Below are positions 9,480 to 18,407 of a DNA stretch of 64,000 nt, piece after piece. Location of the stretch: assembly GCA_947476185.1 (NCBI GenBank), contig CANJPX010000008.1, positions 5,693 through 69,692 on the forward strand, read 5' to 3'. The stretch comes from Bacteroidota bacterium (GTDB lineage Bacteria; Bacteroidota; Bacteroidia; 2-12-FULL-35-15). The notes under the pieces are model-generated. The model worked only from the letters and a program-made list of their open reading frames with translations. It did not search any database and had not been told where the DNA came from. Every line of letters begins with the position of its first letter. Position 1 is the stretch's first letter. The position numbers were made by a program, and so were the translations under genes.

Positions 9480-10610
9480 TTAAAAAAGCCCCACAATCTC
9501 GTTTGACAAAATATTATTTTTAAAATTTTTAAAGTTGGGTATAGTAATAGTAAATTCTGTCACAAGCCCAAATTCAGAAGTTACACATACTTCCCCATTC
9601 ATTAATTCTATTGATTTTTTCACTAAGTTCAATCCTATCCCAAAACCCTCAATGGAACTTATATTAACTTGGAAATTCAAATCAAATATTTTTGAAAGCA
9701 TATCCTTGTTTATTCCTATTCCATTGTCCTTTATTATTAATACAGCCTCATTTGCATTTGCAGTAATAGAAATTTCCACATAAGGTCGCTCCTTTTTATA
9801 ATCGCAATATTTAAAACTATTACTTAGGAGATTAGAAATGACAGAAAGTATTTCAGATTTGTAGGTATAGAAAGGGGCTGTTTGATTGACCAATCTTACA
9901 ATTTCTATTTTATGCAACCGTTCAGAGTACCTTATTGAGTCCAAAAAGTCGCAAACAAGCGAATCAAAATTTACAGATTCTATTTTATTTTTTGAAATAG
10001 TTGAATTCAATGTAACCTTAATAATGTTTTTCAAATTGAAAATACTTTTTGAAATAAGAGAAATATAAGGGTTTTCACTCTTAGAATTTAAATTTTCTGC
10101 TTTAGAAAGATTAATTAATCCTTCTATTGAACTTAATGGAGCCTGTATATCATGAACAATTCTATAAAAAGAATCGTGAAGCCTCAAGCCAATTTCCTTT
10201 AATTGTTTATTCTTAATATTAATCTCGAGCTCAATGAGTTTTAGTTTAGTAATATTTATATGCGATATTACAACAAGTTCAGGCAAACCAATCAATGGAG
10301 TGCATCGCATCAGAAACCAACGTTGTTCATCAACAGAATGACAAGGGTATACCATCTCAAAAATTGGAATCTCCATCCTAATTACTTTATTAATTCCCCT
10401 AACAGCTAAAATTGCATCTTCCATTTCTTCCCCGGTAACTTTTGTACATACCTCAAGATAATTAGAAAACTCAAAGTTAACGCCCAAAGAGTCCAGGCTT
10501 TTAGCTTCAAATTTTTTCCAAGCAATATTTGTAAAAAGTATTAATCCACTTGAATTAAGTATCACAATGGAATCAACAATAGAGTCTAAAATTCTGAAAT
10601 CGTCCTTCAT
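9480..10610 (-). CDS. PAS-domain sensor histidine kinase
   Basis: H-box HDIQAPLSSIEGL. N/G boxes LLSNSFKY, DNGIGI, GFGIGLNLVKKSIELMNG. N-terminal PAS-like region. Lies 490 bp upstream of the NtrC-like regulator on the same strand. Confidence 0.8.
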   Translation of the reverse strand: MKDDFRILDSIVDSIVILNSSGLILFTNIAWKKFEAKSLDSLGVNFEFSNYLEVCTKVTGEEMEDAILAVRGINKVIRMEIPIFEMVYPCHSVDEQRWFLMRCTPLIGLPELVVISHINITKLKLIELEINIKNKQLKEIGLRLHDSFYRIVHDIQAPLSSIEGLINLSKAENLNSKSENPYISLISKSIFNLKNIIKVTLNSTISKNKIESVNFDSLVCDFLDSIRYSERLHKIEIVRLVNQTAPFYTYKSEILSVISNLLSNSFKYCDYKKERPYVEISITANANEAVLIIKDNGIGINKDMLSKIFDLNFQVNISSIEGFGIGLNLVKKSIELMNGEVCVTSEFGLVTEFTITIPNFKNFKNNILSNEIVGLF

Positions 10611-10859
10611 TTATTGAATGCTGTCTTAATAGATATTATAAAAACACCAAGTTTGGATATCGCTTATTGGTAGATTTTAGGAGATGTATAAAACTAAATC
10701 TAGGATTTAAAAGAAGTCGCAAATTTATTAGAACTAAATTTCAATATTAAAATTAAGAGATATCTTTAAAATTAAAATTTCATAAACCTATAAACCAATC
10801 AAAATTTAATTAGCGCATTAACTACGAAAACAAAAAAATAAATAATAATTATGCATATA

Positions 10860-11222
10860 TTACATAACGGATCTTACAGCTTTACTTCTTCTTCTAGGGT
10901 CATGAGGATGTCTGACATAATGACGTTGTAGTTTTTTTTGTTCCGCAGCAGAATCTTTCCTTTTTTTGGATAGCGCAGTGCTAAACCACGCAACAGCAAT
11001 TACGGCAAGCAATCCAATAGCCATATACACATAACTCAATTTTTCATGAAACGCAATGTTCTCCTGCTCCGCCTTTATTGACGCAAGAGTATTTGAAATA
11101 TTCTTTAAATCCTGTGAAAAAGAATTAATACTTGCCAGTACTGAGAATAAAAAGAAAACAAAATATGATTTCCAACTTTTAATCCTTTTCCTATTTTCTA
11201 AATTTTTAGTTAAATTTTCCAT
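10860..11222 (-). CDS. hypothetical small membrane protein
   Basis: ORF with two hydrophobic segments and a basic C-terminus. Only ORF in a 1.2 kb AT-rich stretch. No recognisable domain. Confidence 0.3.
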   Translation of the reverse strand: MENLTKNLENRKRIKSWKSYFVFFLFSVLASINSFSQDLKNISNTLASIKAEQENIAFHEKLSYVYMAIGLLAVIAVAWFSTALSKKRKDSAAEQKKLQRHYVRHPHDPRRRSKAVRSVM

Positions 11223-11850
11223 ATTATTTATTTGCTAAGATTATTTAGAGAGATAAAATAAAATATAATGTAACAGTTCATCTGATCGAATCATAAAATA
11301 TTCCATAAATTGAAAATGTTTCAATAAAATATTTCAAAATGCATTTAGTTACCTTTTCAGAATAAACATATATCAGCAGCGTCAACTTAATAATCCAGTC
11401 TTCCGATTTCACTTAAAAAACCAATTAATTTTCAAGATTATTCCCAATTCCTTCACATAAAAGACACAAGCTATGCCATCATCGTAACTTACTGATATTA
11501 TGTTTACTAGAGAATCATCAATTTAAGCAAATTCCAAAATCTGGAAAGGGTTAGCTGAAATGGGAAAAGAGCAATTTTTAACTTTTCTGCTTTGTCGACT
11601 AATTTCTTTTCAAAATACTACTGACAAAGTGTTGATTCAATGAAATACTTTAAAAAAAATGAAGAACAAATAATTAAATCAATTCAAAATAACCAATGCA
11701 CATCAGTATAAATAAATCGAACGATTAGCGTGTAATTTTCGAAACCCGTCGTTATAAACAAAAAAAAGGTTGCTTTATTCTCAAAATTTTTAAAAAATAA
11801 AATTTGTACCATTCTGAATAGTTGTTCGTTATAGAAGCAAATACAAACAA

Positions 11851-14244
11851 ATGAAAAATGATACAATTAATAAACTATTTGTCTTAGCGCTTTGCATCAC
11901 ATCTAGTTTTTGTTTCGGCCAACAAAATAGGTCGGCAGTATGCCATTTAGGTGAAGCAACAAATGATTCCTTGCTTCCATATATAACTGCGCTGGAAATA
12001 GACAGCCGGAATGATGCAGAAAAATTCATAAAGAATGCGGAACAGTTAACATCACTATCTTCTCTGACATTAAAAGGAGACGCAAAAGAAAATAACTGGA
12101 GAGAACTTTTTCAAAAATTAAAAACAACCTCTTCATTAAGAACAGTAATATTTGATTCGACAACTTTCCAATCATTGCCTTATGGATATGAAGGCTTATA
12201 TTATATTGAAAACCTTGTGATACAAAACAACGAAGAATTAGAATATCCAGAATTAATTCAGGAGCTTTCCCTTTTACCGAATTTGAAAGAATTAACATTG
12301 GATATCTTAACAATCTTTGATCTACCAGCAGATATTTCAAGCTTAAAAAACATAACAAAATTAACGTTGATTAATACGGATGAGTATATTTCAAAAAATG
12401 ATACATCATTCCTTACACTTGAAAAAGAATCCGTAACGTATGATTATTCTGTCAAAAATAAAAACGACAAAACTATAGCTGTTAAATATGTTGCAACGGC
12501 AGGTGAAATTGACAGTGATGAATACAAAGAATTAGCAAAACGATTTACAACAACAACAAATTTCGGCAAAGCACACGTTGCATTTACTCCAAAATACGTG
12601 AATGTAAATCCGCCAATCAAAGGGATAGATGTTGAAAGAACAAATTACATTATCAATCCGCAAATAGAAAACATCGTTACCTATCCTAGTGGAACAAAAA
12701 TTTTAATTCCGGCAAATACATTCATCGACAATACTGGAAACCCTGTTAAAACAAGTGTCACGATCAGTTATCGTGAATTCCGAGATCCCGTAGAATTTTT
12801 AGTAAGTGGAATTCCCATGAAGTATGATACAGGAGGAGTAGTGACCAATTTTGAATCAGCAGGCATGTTCGAGCTAACAGCAAGTAGTAAAAACGAACCG
12901 ATCACAGTAGCCAAAGACAAAAGCATTGATATGAATTTTGCAACTACAAGTAAAGATTCAACTTATAATTTTTATGCTTTTAATGATGAAAAAGATAATT
13001 GGGAATATTTGAACAAACCAACAGTAGTAACAAAAAAAACTGCGATTCAATTAAAGACACCGAGCCCGGCATTTTATATTTACCAAAATTATGCTATAAA
13101 CAACAAGCCTATTTATGATCTGACACCTTTCAAGGATAGATTTGAAGACAATAAATATGTATATACAAATCGTAAAGAAAATATAAAAAACAGTCGGTTA
13201 TACTATCGTTCAAAAAGAAAAAAACGCAGCAAATCGATGTACTCGCTGGTAAAAATCAATAATGTTAAAAAAACAAAAGAGGGAACTGTATTATTTAAAG
13301 TGACCTATTTAGATAAATCACATCCGGAAATGCGACAGTTCAGTAATGCATATTTTGCATCTAATGAAAATATGACAGCCAATGAATTTAAACAAAAATA
13401 TTCAAGAAAAACATATTATAACGACATAAGAATAAGTCAAATCGGGGATGATATAAACATGGAATTAAAAGGAAAAGAATCCATCAAGAATATATCTGCC
13501 ACATTAGTATCGCTTGACACTAAAGGTGAAGCTAAACCAATGAGAAATTTTTCAAATCGAATGAACCGTTATAATAAAAGGCTTAAAACAAGAGAACGAT
13601 TATTCAACAAAGGTCTAAAAAAAGGGAAAAACTCTTTGAACGAAATAATAATAAAAGACCAAAAGCAACTACGAATCTATGCTTTTAACGAAGCACAAAA
13701 AGCAATGAATCCGGAGGAAAAGAAAATGAATTTTAATGAATGGCTAGACTACTGCAAACAAACAGAAAAGAATATTTTAGCTTGGAACAAACAATCTAAC
13801 GACATCAAATTAGCTCAACTAAATAACGCAGAAGCGACAGGCTCAAACTTAATACAAAATTTATCGCTAAGCGGAACAGGCATCTATAATTGTGATCAGA
13901 TTCAAAGATTAAAAAATCCCGTAGAAATATTTGCCAGATACAAAACCAAAAACAACGAAAGAATAAGACCTCAATCTGCTTATATTTTAGATAAAAGGTC
14001 AAATTCCATTTTTCAATATGACGGAAGCTATGATTATAATGCAGGCAATATCAAATTCAGCAACAGTCCAAAAGCTGAAAATACACTATTAGCATTAAAT
14101 ATTGATGGGTCATTGTCGATATACAGGAAAGATGAATTCAAGAGAAACAAATTTACAAATAAAAGTTCTTTTGATTTTGAAGTAACAAAAATAGATGCCA
14201 AATATACAACTGTAAATGAACTAAAAGCGTTAATAGGTTTCTAA
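11851..14244 (+). CDS. hypothetical secreted protein, N-terminal leucine-rich-repeat-like region
   Basis: Signal peptide (LFVLALCITSSFCFGQQ). LRR-like LxxLxLxxN periodicity in aa 60-190. Lys/Asn-rich C-terminal half. No other known motif. Confidence 0.6.
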   Translation: MKNDTINKLFVLALCITSSFCFGQQNRSAVCHLGEATNDSLLPYITALEIDSRNDAEKFIKNAEQLTSLSSLTLKGDAKENNWRELFQKLKTTSSLRTVIFDSTTFQSLPYGYEGLYYIENLVIQNNEELEYPELIQELSLLPNLKELTLDILTIFDLPADISSLKNITKLTLINTDEYISKNDTSFLTLEKESVTYDYSVKNKNDKTIAVKYVATAGEIDSDEYKELAKRFTTTTNFGKAHVAFTPKYVNVNPPIKGIDVERTNYIINPQIENIVTYPSGTKILIPANTFIDNTGNPVKTSVTISYREFRDPVEFLVSGIPMKYDTGGVVTNFESAGMFELTASSKNEPITVAKDKSIDMNFATTSKDSTYNFYAFNDEKDNWEYLNKPTVVTKKTAIQLKTPSPAFYIYQNYAINNKPIYDLTPFKDRFEDNKYVYTNRKENIKNSRLYYRSKRKKRSKSMYSLVKINNVKKTKEGTVLFKVTYLDKSHPEMRQFSNAYFASNENMTANEFKQKYSRKTYYNDIRISQIGDDINMELKGKESIKNISATLVSLDTKGEAKPMRNFSNRMNRYNKRLKTRERLFNKGLKKGKNSLNEIIIKDQKQLRIYAFNEAQKAMNPEEKKMNFNEWLDYCKQTEKNILAWNKQSNDIKLAQLNNAEATGSNLIQNLSLSGTGIYNCDQIQRLKNPVEIFARYKTKNNERIRPQSAYILDKRSNSIFQYDGSYDYNAGNIKFSNSPKAENTLLALNIDGSLSIYRKDEFKRNKFTNKSSFDFEVTKIDAKYTTVNELKALIGF

Positions 14245-14261
14245 AAAAAGCATATCTTTAT

Positions 14262-14300
14262 GGGTGCAATCTGTATATTTACAGATTGCACTTTTCATTT
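14262..14300 (+). terminator. rho-independent terminator downstream of the 797-aa gene
   Basis: Hairpin GTGCAATCTGT-N6-ACAGATTGCAC followed by TTTTCATTTT. It overlaps the N-terminus of the ORF-track call 14264..16474, which supports the later start at 14318. Confidence 0.55.
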
Positions 14301-14317
14301 TAATAATCTCAGACACC

Positions 14318-16474
14318 ATGAAAAAGATCACTGTTTTACTACTTGTACTTTCAACATTCGCTCAATTCTCTTTCGCTCAGGAAAAACTTCTTACGATGGA
14401 GGATGCTGTTATTAAACAACGTGGAGCATTGGCTCCTGCCCGCCTGAAACAGCTCATGTGGATAAAAGGTAGTAACGATTATTCTTTTATCGAAAACAAC
14501 GGCAGCGAAGATGTTTTAATGAATGGTAGTGCAGAAAACGCAAATATTGGCAACATTGTTTCGTTTACACAATTAAACACAGCACTAACGGCTGCCGGAC
14601 AAAATAATCTAAAGTCATTCCCGATGATCCAATGGAAAAATGCAAAACAATTTTCCTTTGAATCCGACAAAAAAGTATTGAGTTATGATACGGGTACAAA
14701 AAAAATCACATATGATGCAACACGGGATCTTGGTGAAGATGTTGAAAATATTGACGCTGCAGCTAAAACAAATAACGTTGCCTTCACTATAAAAAATAAT
14801 TTATTCATTTACGATGGGAAAAACAATTTGATCGTCACGAATGATAAGGATGAAAATATTGTAAACGGGAAATCAGTTCACCGTGAAGAATTCGGAATAG
14901 TTAAAGGTACGTTTTGGTCTCCAAACGCTGATCTACTGGCATTTTACCGTATGGACCAAACGATGGTAACCGATTACCCCATCATCGACTGGACCAGCCG
15001 GCCGGCGAAAAATGAGAACATCAAATATCCAATGGCAGGTGATAAGAGTCATGAAGTAACTGTTGGAATTTACAATGTCAGCAACGGCAAAACTGTATTT
15101 TTAAAAACAGGAGAACCAAAGGAACAATATCTGACAAACATTGCTTGGAGCAACGACGAGCAGCATGTTTATATTGCTATATTGAACCGTGATCAAAACG
15201 ACATGAAATTAAATTCATATAATGTGATCTCCGGATTATTTGAAAAAACATTGTTCGAGGAAAAACAAGATAAATATGTACATCCAATGCATGCCATGGT
15301 ATTTTTACCAAATACATCCGGACAATTTATCTGGCAAAGTGAACGTGATGGATACAACCATTTGTATCTGTATAACAATGACGGAACGCTTGTAAAACAA
15401 CTAACAAAAGGCAATTGGATGGTCACCGACTTTGCAGGTTTTGATGCGAAAGGAACAAAAGCGTATTATACATCAACAACTGAAAGTGGAATAACAAGAA
15501 ATTTCTATTCAGTAGAAATAAAATCAGGAAAAACAATCCGACTCACAACAGGTGATGGGACACATACTTGTGCGCTAAGCAGCAATGGAAATTATATTAT
15601 CGACAATTTTCAAAGTACGAGCATTCCGCGCAACATAAACATCATTTCCACAAACGGAAAAAACTCAAAAAATATTTTTACTGCAAAAAATCCCTTGAAT
15701 GAATACAAACTTGGGCAAATGAGTTTATTTAAACTGAAAAGTGAAAATGGTGATGATCTATTTTGCAGATTATTCAAACCTGTCGACTTCGATTCAACAA
15801 AAAAATATCCTGTGATCGTTTATTTGTATAACGGTCCGGGGGTTCAAATGATAAATAATACCTGGAATGGTGGTGGGGACCTATGGTTTCAATATATGGC
15901 CGAACATGGGTTTGTAGTTTTTACGATCGATGGACGGGGAAGCAGCAACCGCGGATTAGCCTTTGAGCAATCAATATTCCGTCATGTTGGAGTTGTAGAG
16001 ATGAAAGATCAAATGGTTGGTGTTAACTTTTTAAAGTCACAAAAATATGTGGATGCCAACAGAATGGGCTTATTCGGATGGAGCTATGGTGGATTCATGA
16101 CTTCAAGTATCATGACACGCTATCCTGATGTGTTTAAAGCTGCTGTTGCAGGTGGGCCGGTAATCGATTGGAGTTATTACGAAGTGATGTATACTGAACG
16201 TTATATGGATACTCCACAATCAAATCCGGAAGGTTATAAAGAAGCAAGAGTCATTAATTATATAGATAATTTAAAAGGGAAATTACTATTGATCCATGGT
16301 GCACAGGATAATGTAGTTGTTTGGGAAAACAGTATGCAATTCATTAAAGCATGCGTTGACAAAGGCAAACAAGTCGATTATTTTGTTTATCCAGGGCATG
16401 AACACAATGTAATCGGAAAAGACAGACAGCACTTGTATCAAAAAGTAACCGATTATTTCTTGCAAAATTTATAA
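14318..16474 (+). CDS. dipeptidyl-peptidase IV family S9 serine peptidase
   Basis: Start moved to MKKITVLLLVLSTFAQFSFAQ (signal peptide). Beta-propeller N-domain. Catalytic Ser in GWSYGGFMTS. Downstream D/H in the alpha/beta-hydrolase fold (LLIHGAQDNVV ... GHEHNV). Confidence 0.85.
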   Translation: MKKITVLLLVLSTFAQFSFAQEKLLTMEDAVIKQRGALAPARLKQLMWIKGSNDYSFIENNGSEDVLMNGSAENANIGNIVSFTQLNTALTAAGQNNLKSFPMIQWKNAKQFSFESDKKVLSYDTGTKKITYDATRDLGEDVENIDAAAKTNNVAFTIKNNLFIYDGKNNLIVTNDKDENIVNGKSVHREEFGIVKGTFWSPNADLLAFYRMDQTMVTDYPIIDWTSRPAKNENIKYPMAGDKSHEVTVGIYNVSNGKTVFLKTGEPKEQYLTNIAWSNDEQHVYIAILNRDQNDMKLNSYNVISGLFEKTLFEEKQDKYVHPMHAMVFLPNTSGQFIWQSERDGYNHLYLYNNDGTLVKQLTKGNWMVTDFAGFDAKGTKAYYTSTTESGITRNFYSVEIKSGKTIRLTTGDGTHTCALSSNGNYIIDNFQSTSIPRNINIISTNGKNSKNIFTAKNPLNEYKLGQMSLFKLKSENGDDLFCRLFKPVDFDSTKKYPVIVYLYNGPGVQMINNTWNGGGDLWFQYMAEHGFVVFTIDGRGSSNRGLAFEQSIFRHVGVVEMKDQMVGVNFLKSQKYVDANRMGLFGWSYGGFMTSSIMTRYPDVFKAAVAGGPVIDWSYYEVMYTERYMDTPQSNPEGYKEARVINYIDNLKGKLLLIHGAQDNVVVWENSMQFIKACVDKGKQVDYFVYPGHEHNVIGKDRQHLYQKVTDYFLQNL

Positions 16475-16485
16475 AATAAACTATT

Positions 16486-17013
16486 ATGGAAAATAGCGAG
16501 GGACAAATAATTCATAAAGGAGAATTCAATTCGGTATTAAGGATCTATATATTAATGTATGTCGGATTTATTCTAATGGTTTCAATCATAGGAATCCCGT
16601 TAGCTATAGCATGGTTTTGTGGAGTCGGACAATGGTATTCACGGCACTATTTCGACAAACTGGAATGTACATTGACAAATAGAAACTTGAAGTTCAAGAA
16701 AGGGATAATTGTTCAATTCGAAAAAACAATTCCGCTTGAAAACATTCAGGATATGTCATTTATTGAAGGTCCATTATTAAGACATTTTAATTTATGTGTT
16801 CTAAAAATTGAAACTGCCGGTGGATCTGCACATACAGCCAACCAAATGAGTTTGGTAGGTATAAAAGATGCTCCAATATTCCGTTTAAAAGTTTTAGAAC
16901 AACGAACACTTCTCAAAAATAGCCAAAGCAATCAAACGGATAATAATGTATTGGTGGAAATCAAAGAAAGCTTGCTAAGGATCGAAGGACTTTTGAAAGA
17001 AAATAAAAAATAG
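16486..17013 (+). CDS. bacterial PH-domain (bPH_2/YdbS-like) membrane protein
   Basis: TM hairpin (ILMYVGFILMVSIIGIPLAIAWF) followed by a PH-like beta-sandwich region, as in the DUF304/YdbS family. Confidence 0.65.
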   Translation: MENSEGQIIHKGEFNSVLRIYILMYVGFILMVSIIGIPLAIAWFCGVGQWYSRHYFDKLECTLTNRNLKFKKGIIVQFEKTIPLENIQDMSFIEGPLLRHFNLCVLKIETAGGSAHTANQMSLVGIKDAPIFRLKVLEQRTLLKNSQSNQTDNNVLVEIKESLLRIEGLLKENKK

Positions 17014-17207
17014 TCCGAATTTAATTTCATTACAATTTCCATAAAACAAGATCTCTCAGCTGAGAATCAGTTTTCTAACGTATCACTTTTCGGTACTCCT
17101 CATAATTATTCAAGCAATACGATCATTTTCAATTTAATCAAATTGATACTTATCATGAATACATTTGATGCTTCTCATTCCTTCAAGATTCGATTCAATA
17201 TACATTT

Positions 17208-17726
17208 GTGTTCAATATTTATTATCACATGCTGCTATTGCTGATTCTTTTATTTGTCATCGTTCTTTTTTTATGCTACTTGTTATTTGCGCCATTTTAT
17301 TTATTCATAGATAGCAGCAAAAACGAGTACGGACTAAGGTTTCACAAAATATTAAAAGTGTTGTTCTATTTGGAAAACAACGCATTAAAGCTTGACCTAA
17401 TCATTTTGGGTTGGAGAAAACAGTTGGATTTCGGAAACAAAAAAATACAGGTAATTGAACCTTCAAAAAAGAAAGAAAAAAAACAACGGAAAACGATTCC
17501 GGCAAAAAAAGTCTTTGCGATCATCAAAAGTTTTAAAGTGACCCAATTTTACCTGAATCTAAGTTTTAAGAATATGGCAATAAATGGAATTCTTTATCCC
17601 TTTTTTGCGTTACTCCGATTAAAAACAAAAAGAAACATTCAGATAAACTTTTTTAATAAGAATGAAATCATAATTGAAGTAGAAAATACTTTTTACAGAA
17701 TATTCAAAGCTTATATTAATTCATAA
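17208..17726 (+). CDS. hypothetical membrane protein (possible YtfI/DUF2953-like partner of YtfJ)
   Basis: N-terminal TM segment and a basic linker. Lies 19 nt upstream of the YtfJ-family gene. The family assignment is a guess from synteny in Bacillus (ytfI-ytfJ). Confidence 0.4.
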   Translation: MFNIYYHMLLLLILLFVIVLFLCYLLFAPFYLFIDSSKNEYGLRFHKILKVLFYLENNALKLDLIILGWRKQLDFGNKKIQVIEPSKKKEKKQRKTIPAKKVFAIIKSFKVTQFYLNLSFKNMAINGILYPFFALLRLKTKRNIQINFFNKNEIIIEVENTFYRIFKAYINS

Positions 17727-17745
17727 ATCAATAAAACAAAATATC

Positions 17746-18129
17746 ATGAACAATTTAAATGAAATATTAGCCAAAATGGCGGAGTTTCTGAAGTCTGAAT
17801 CGAAAACGGAAACAATAATGGGAGAACAGTTCAAATTAGGAGAATTCACTTGCGTCCCTGTAATGACAATAGGTATGGGATTAGCGGCAGGTGGTGCTGA
17901 TGGCAAAGGAAATGTATTAAAAGCAAATGAAGCGGAAGGAAGCGGTTCAGGTGGCGGTGCGGGAATAAACTTAGGGCCTGTAGGCTTTTTAGTTACAAAA
18001 GGATCAGAAATACAATTTATTTCTACAGTTACTTCAAAAGGAATAGGAGCTGCATTTGAGAAGGTGCCGGATCTAATCGAAAAGTTTTTAAATGTAAATA
18101 AAAAGGAAAAGGAAACAGCGAAAGTTTAA
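17746..18129 (+). CDS. YtfJ/GerW-family protein (Spore_YtfJ domain)
   Basis: Characteristic TIGMGLAAGGADGKG ... GSGGGAGINLGPVGFLVTKG pattern, matching the GFGFAAGG / Gly-run / PIAFLVV pattern of B. subtilis YtfJ. Confidence 0.8.
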   Translation: MNNLNEILAKMAEFLKSESKTETIMGEQFKLGEFTCVPVMTIGMGLAAGGADGKGNVLKANEAEGSGSGGGAGINLGPVGFLVTKGSEIQFISTVTSKGIGAAFEKVPDLIEKFLNVNKKEKETAKV

Positions 18130-18407
18130 TGCACTATCAAAAGTTGACTAGCCGTAGATTTCATAATTGTTTCGATAGCATAAAACTTTTATCCATTTTT
18201 CTTTTAGAGGTATCGCAGAAATGCGGCACCTTTTTTATGAGGAATAAATGAACCTGTTTTCAAGGATCTAATTCTTTTCTCATGGATAACCAAGAAGAAA
18301 AAAGTTATTAAAAGAAAATGAATAGAAAATATTATGAAAATACACTAATACCAAACAGTACAGAAATATCCTTCCTTTTGCAAATTCTACAAATCAGTTT
18401 AAAAATC

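Noticed and set aside
14264-14317. ORF-track N-terminal extension of the DPP-IV gene (MQSVYLQIALFILIISDT)
   Set aside because: It overlaps the terminator hairpin of the upstream gene and precedes a canonical signal peptide starting at Met-19. The shorter start at 14318 is preferred.
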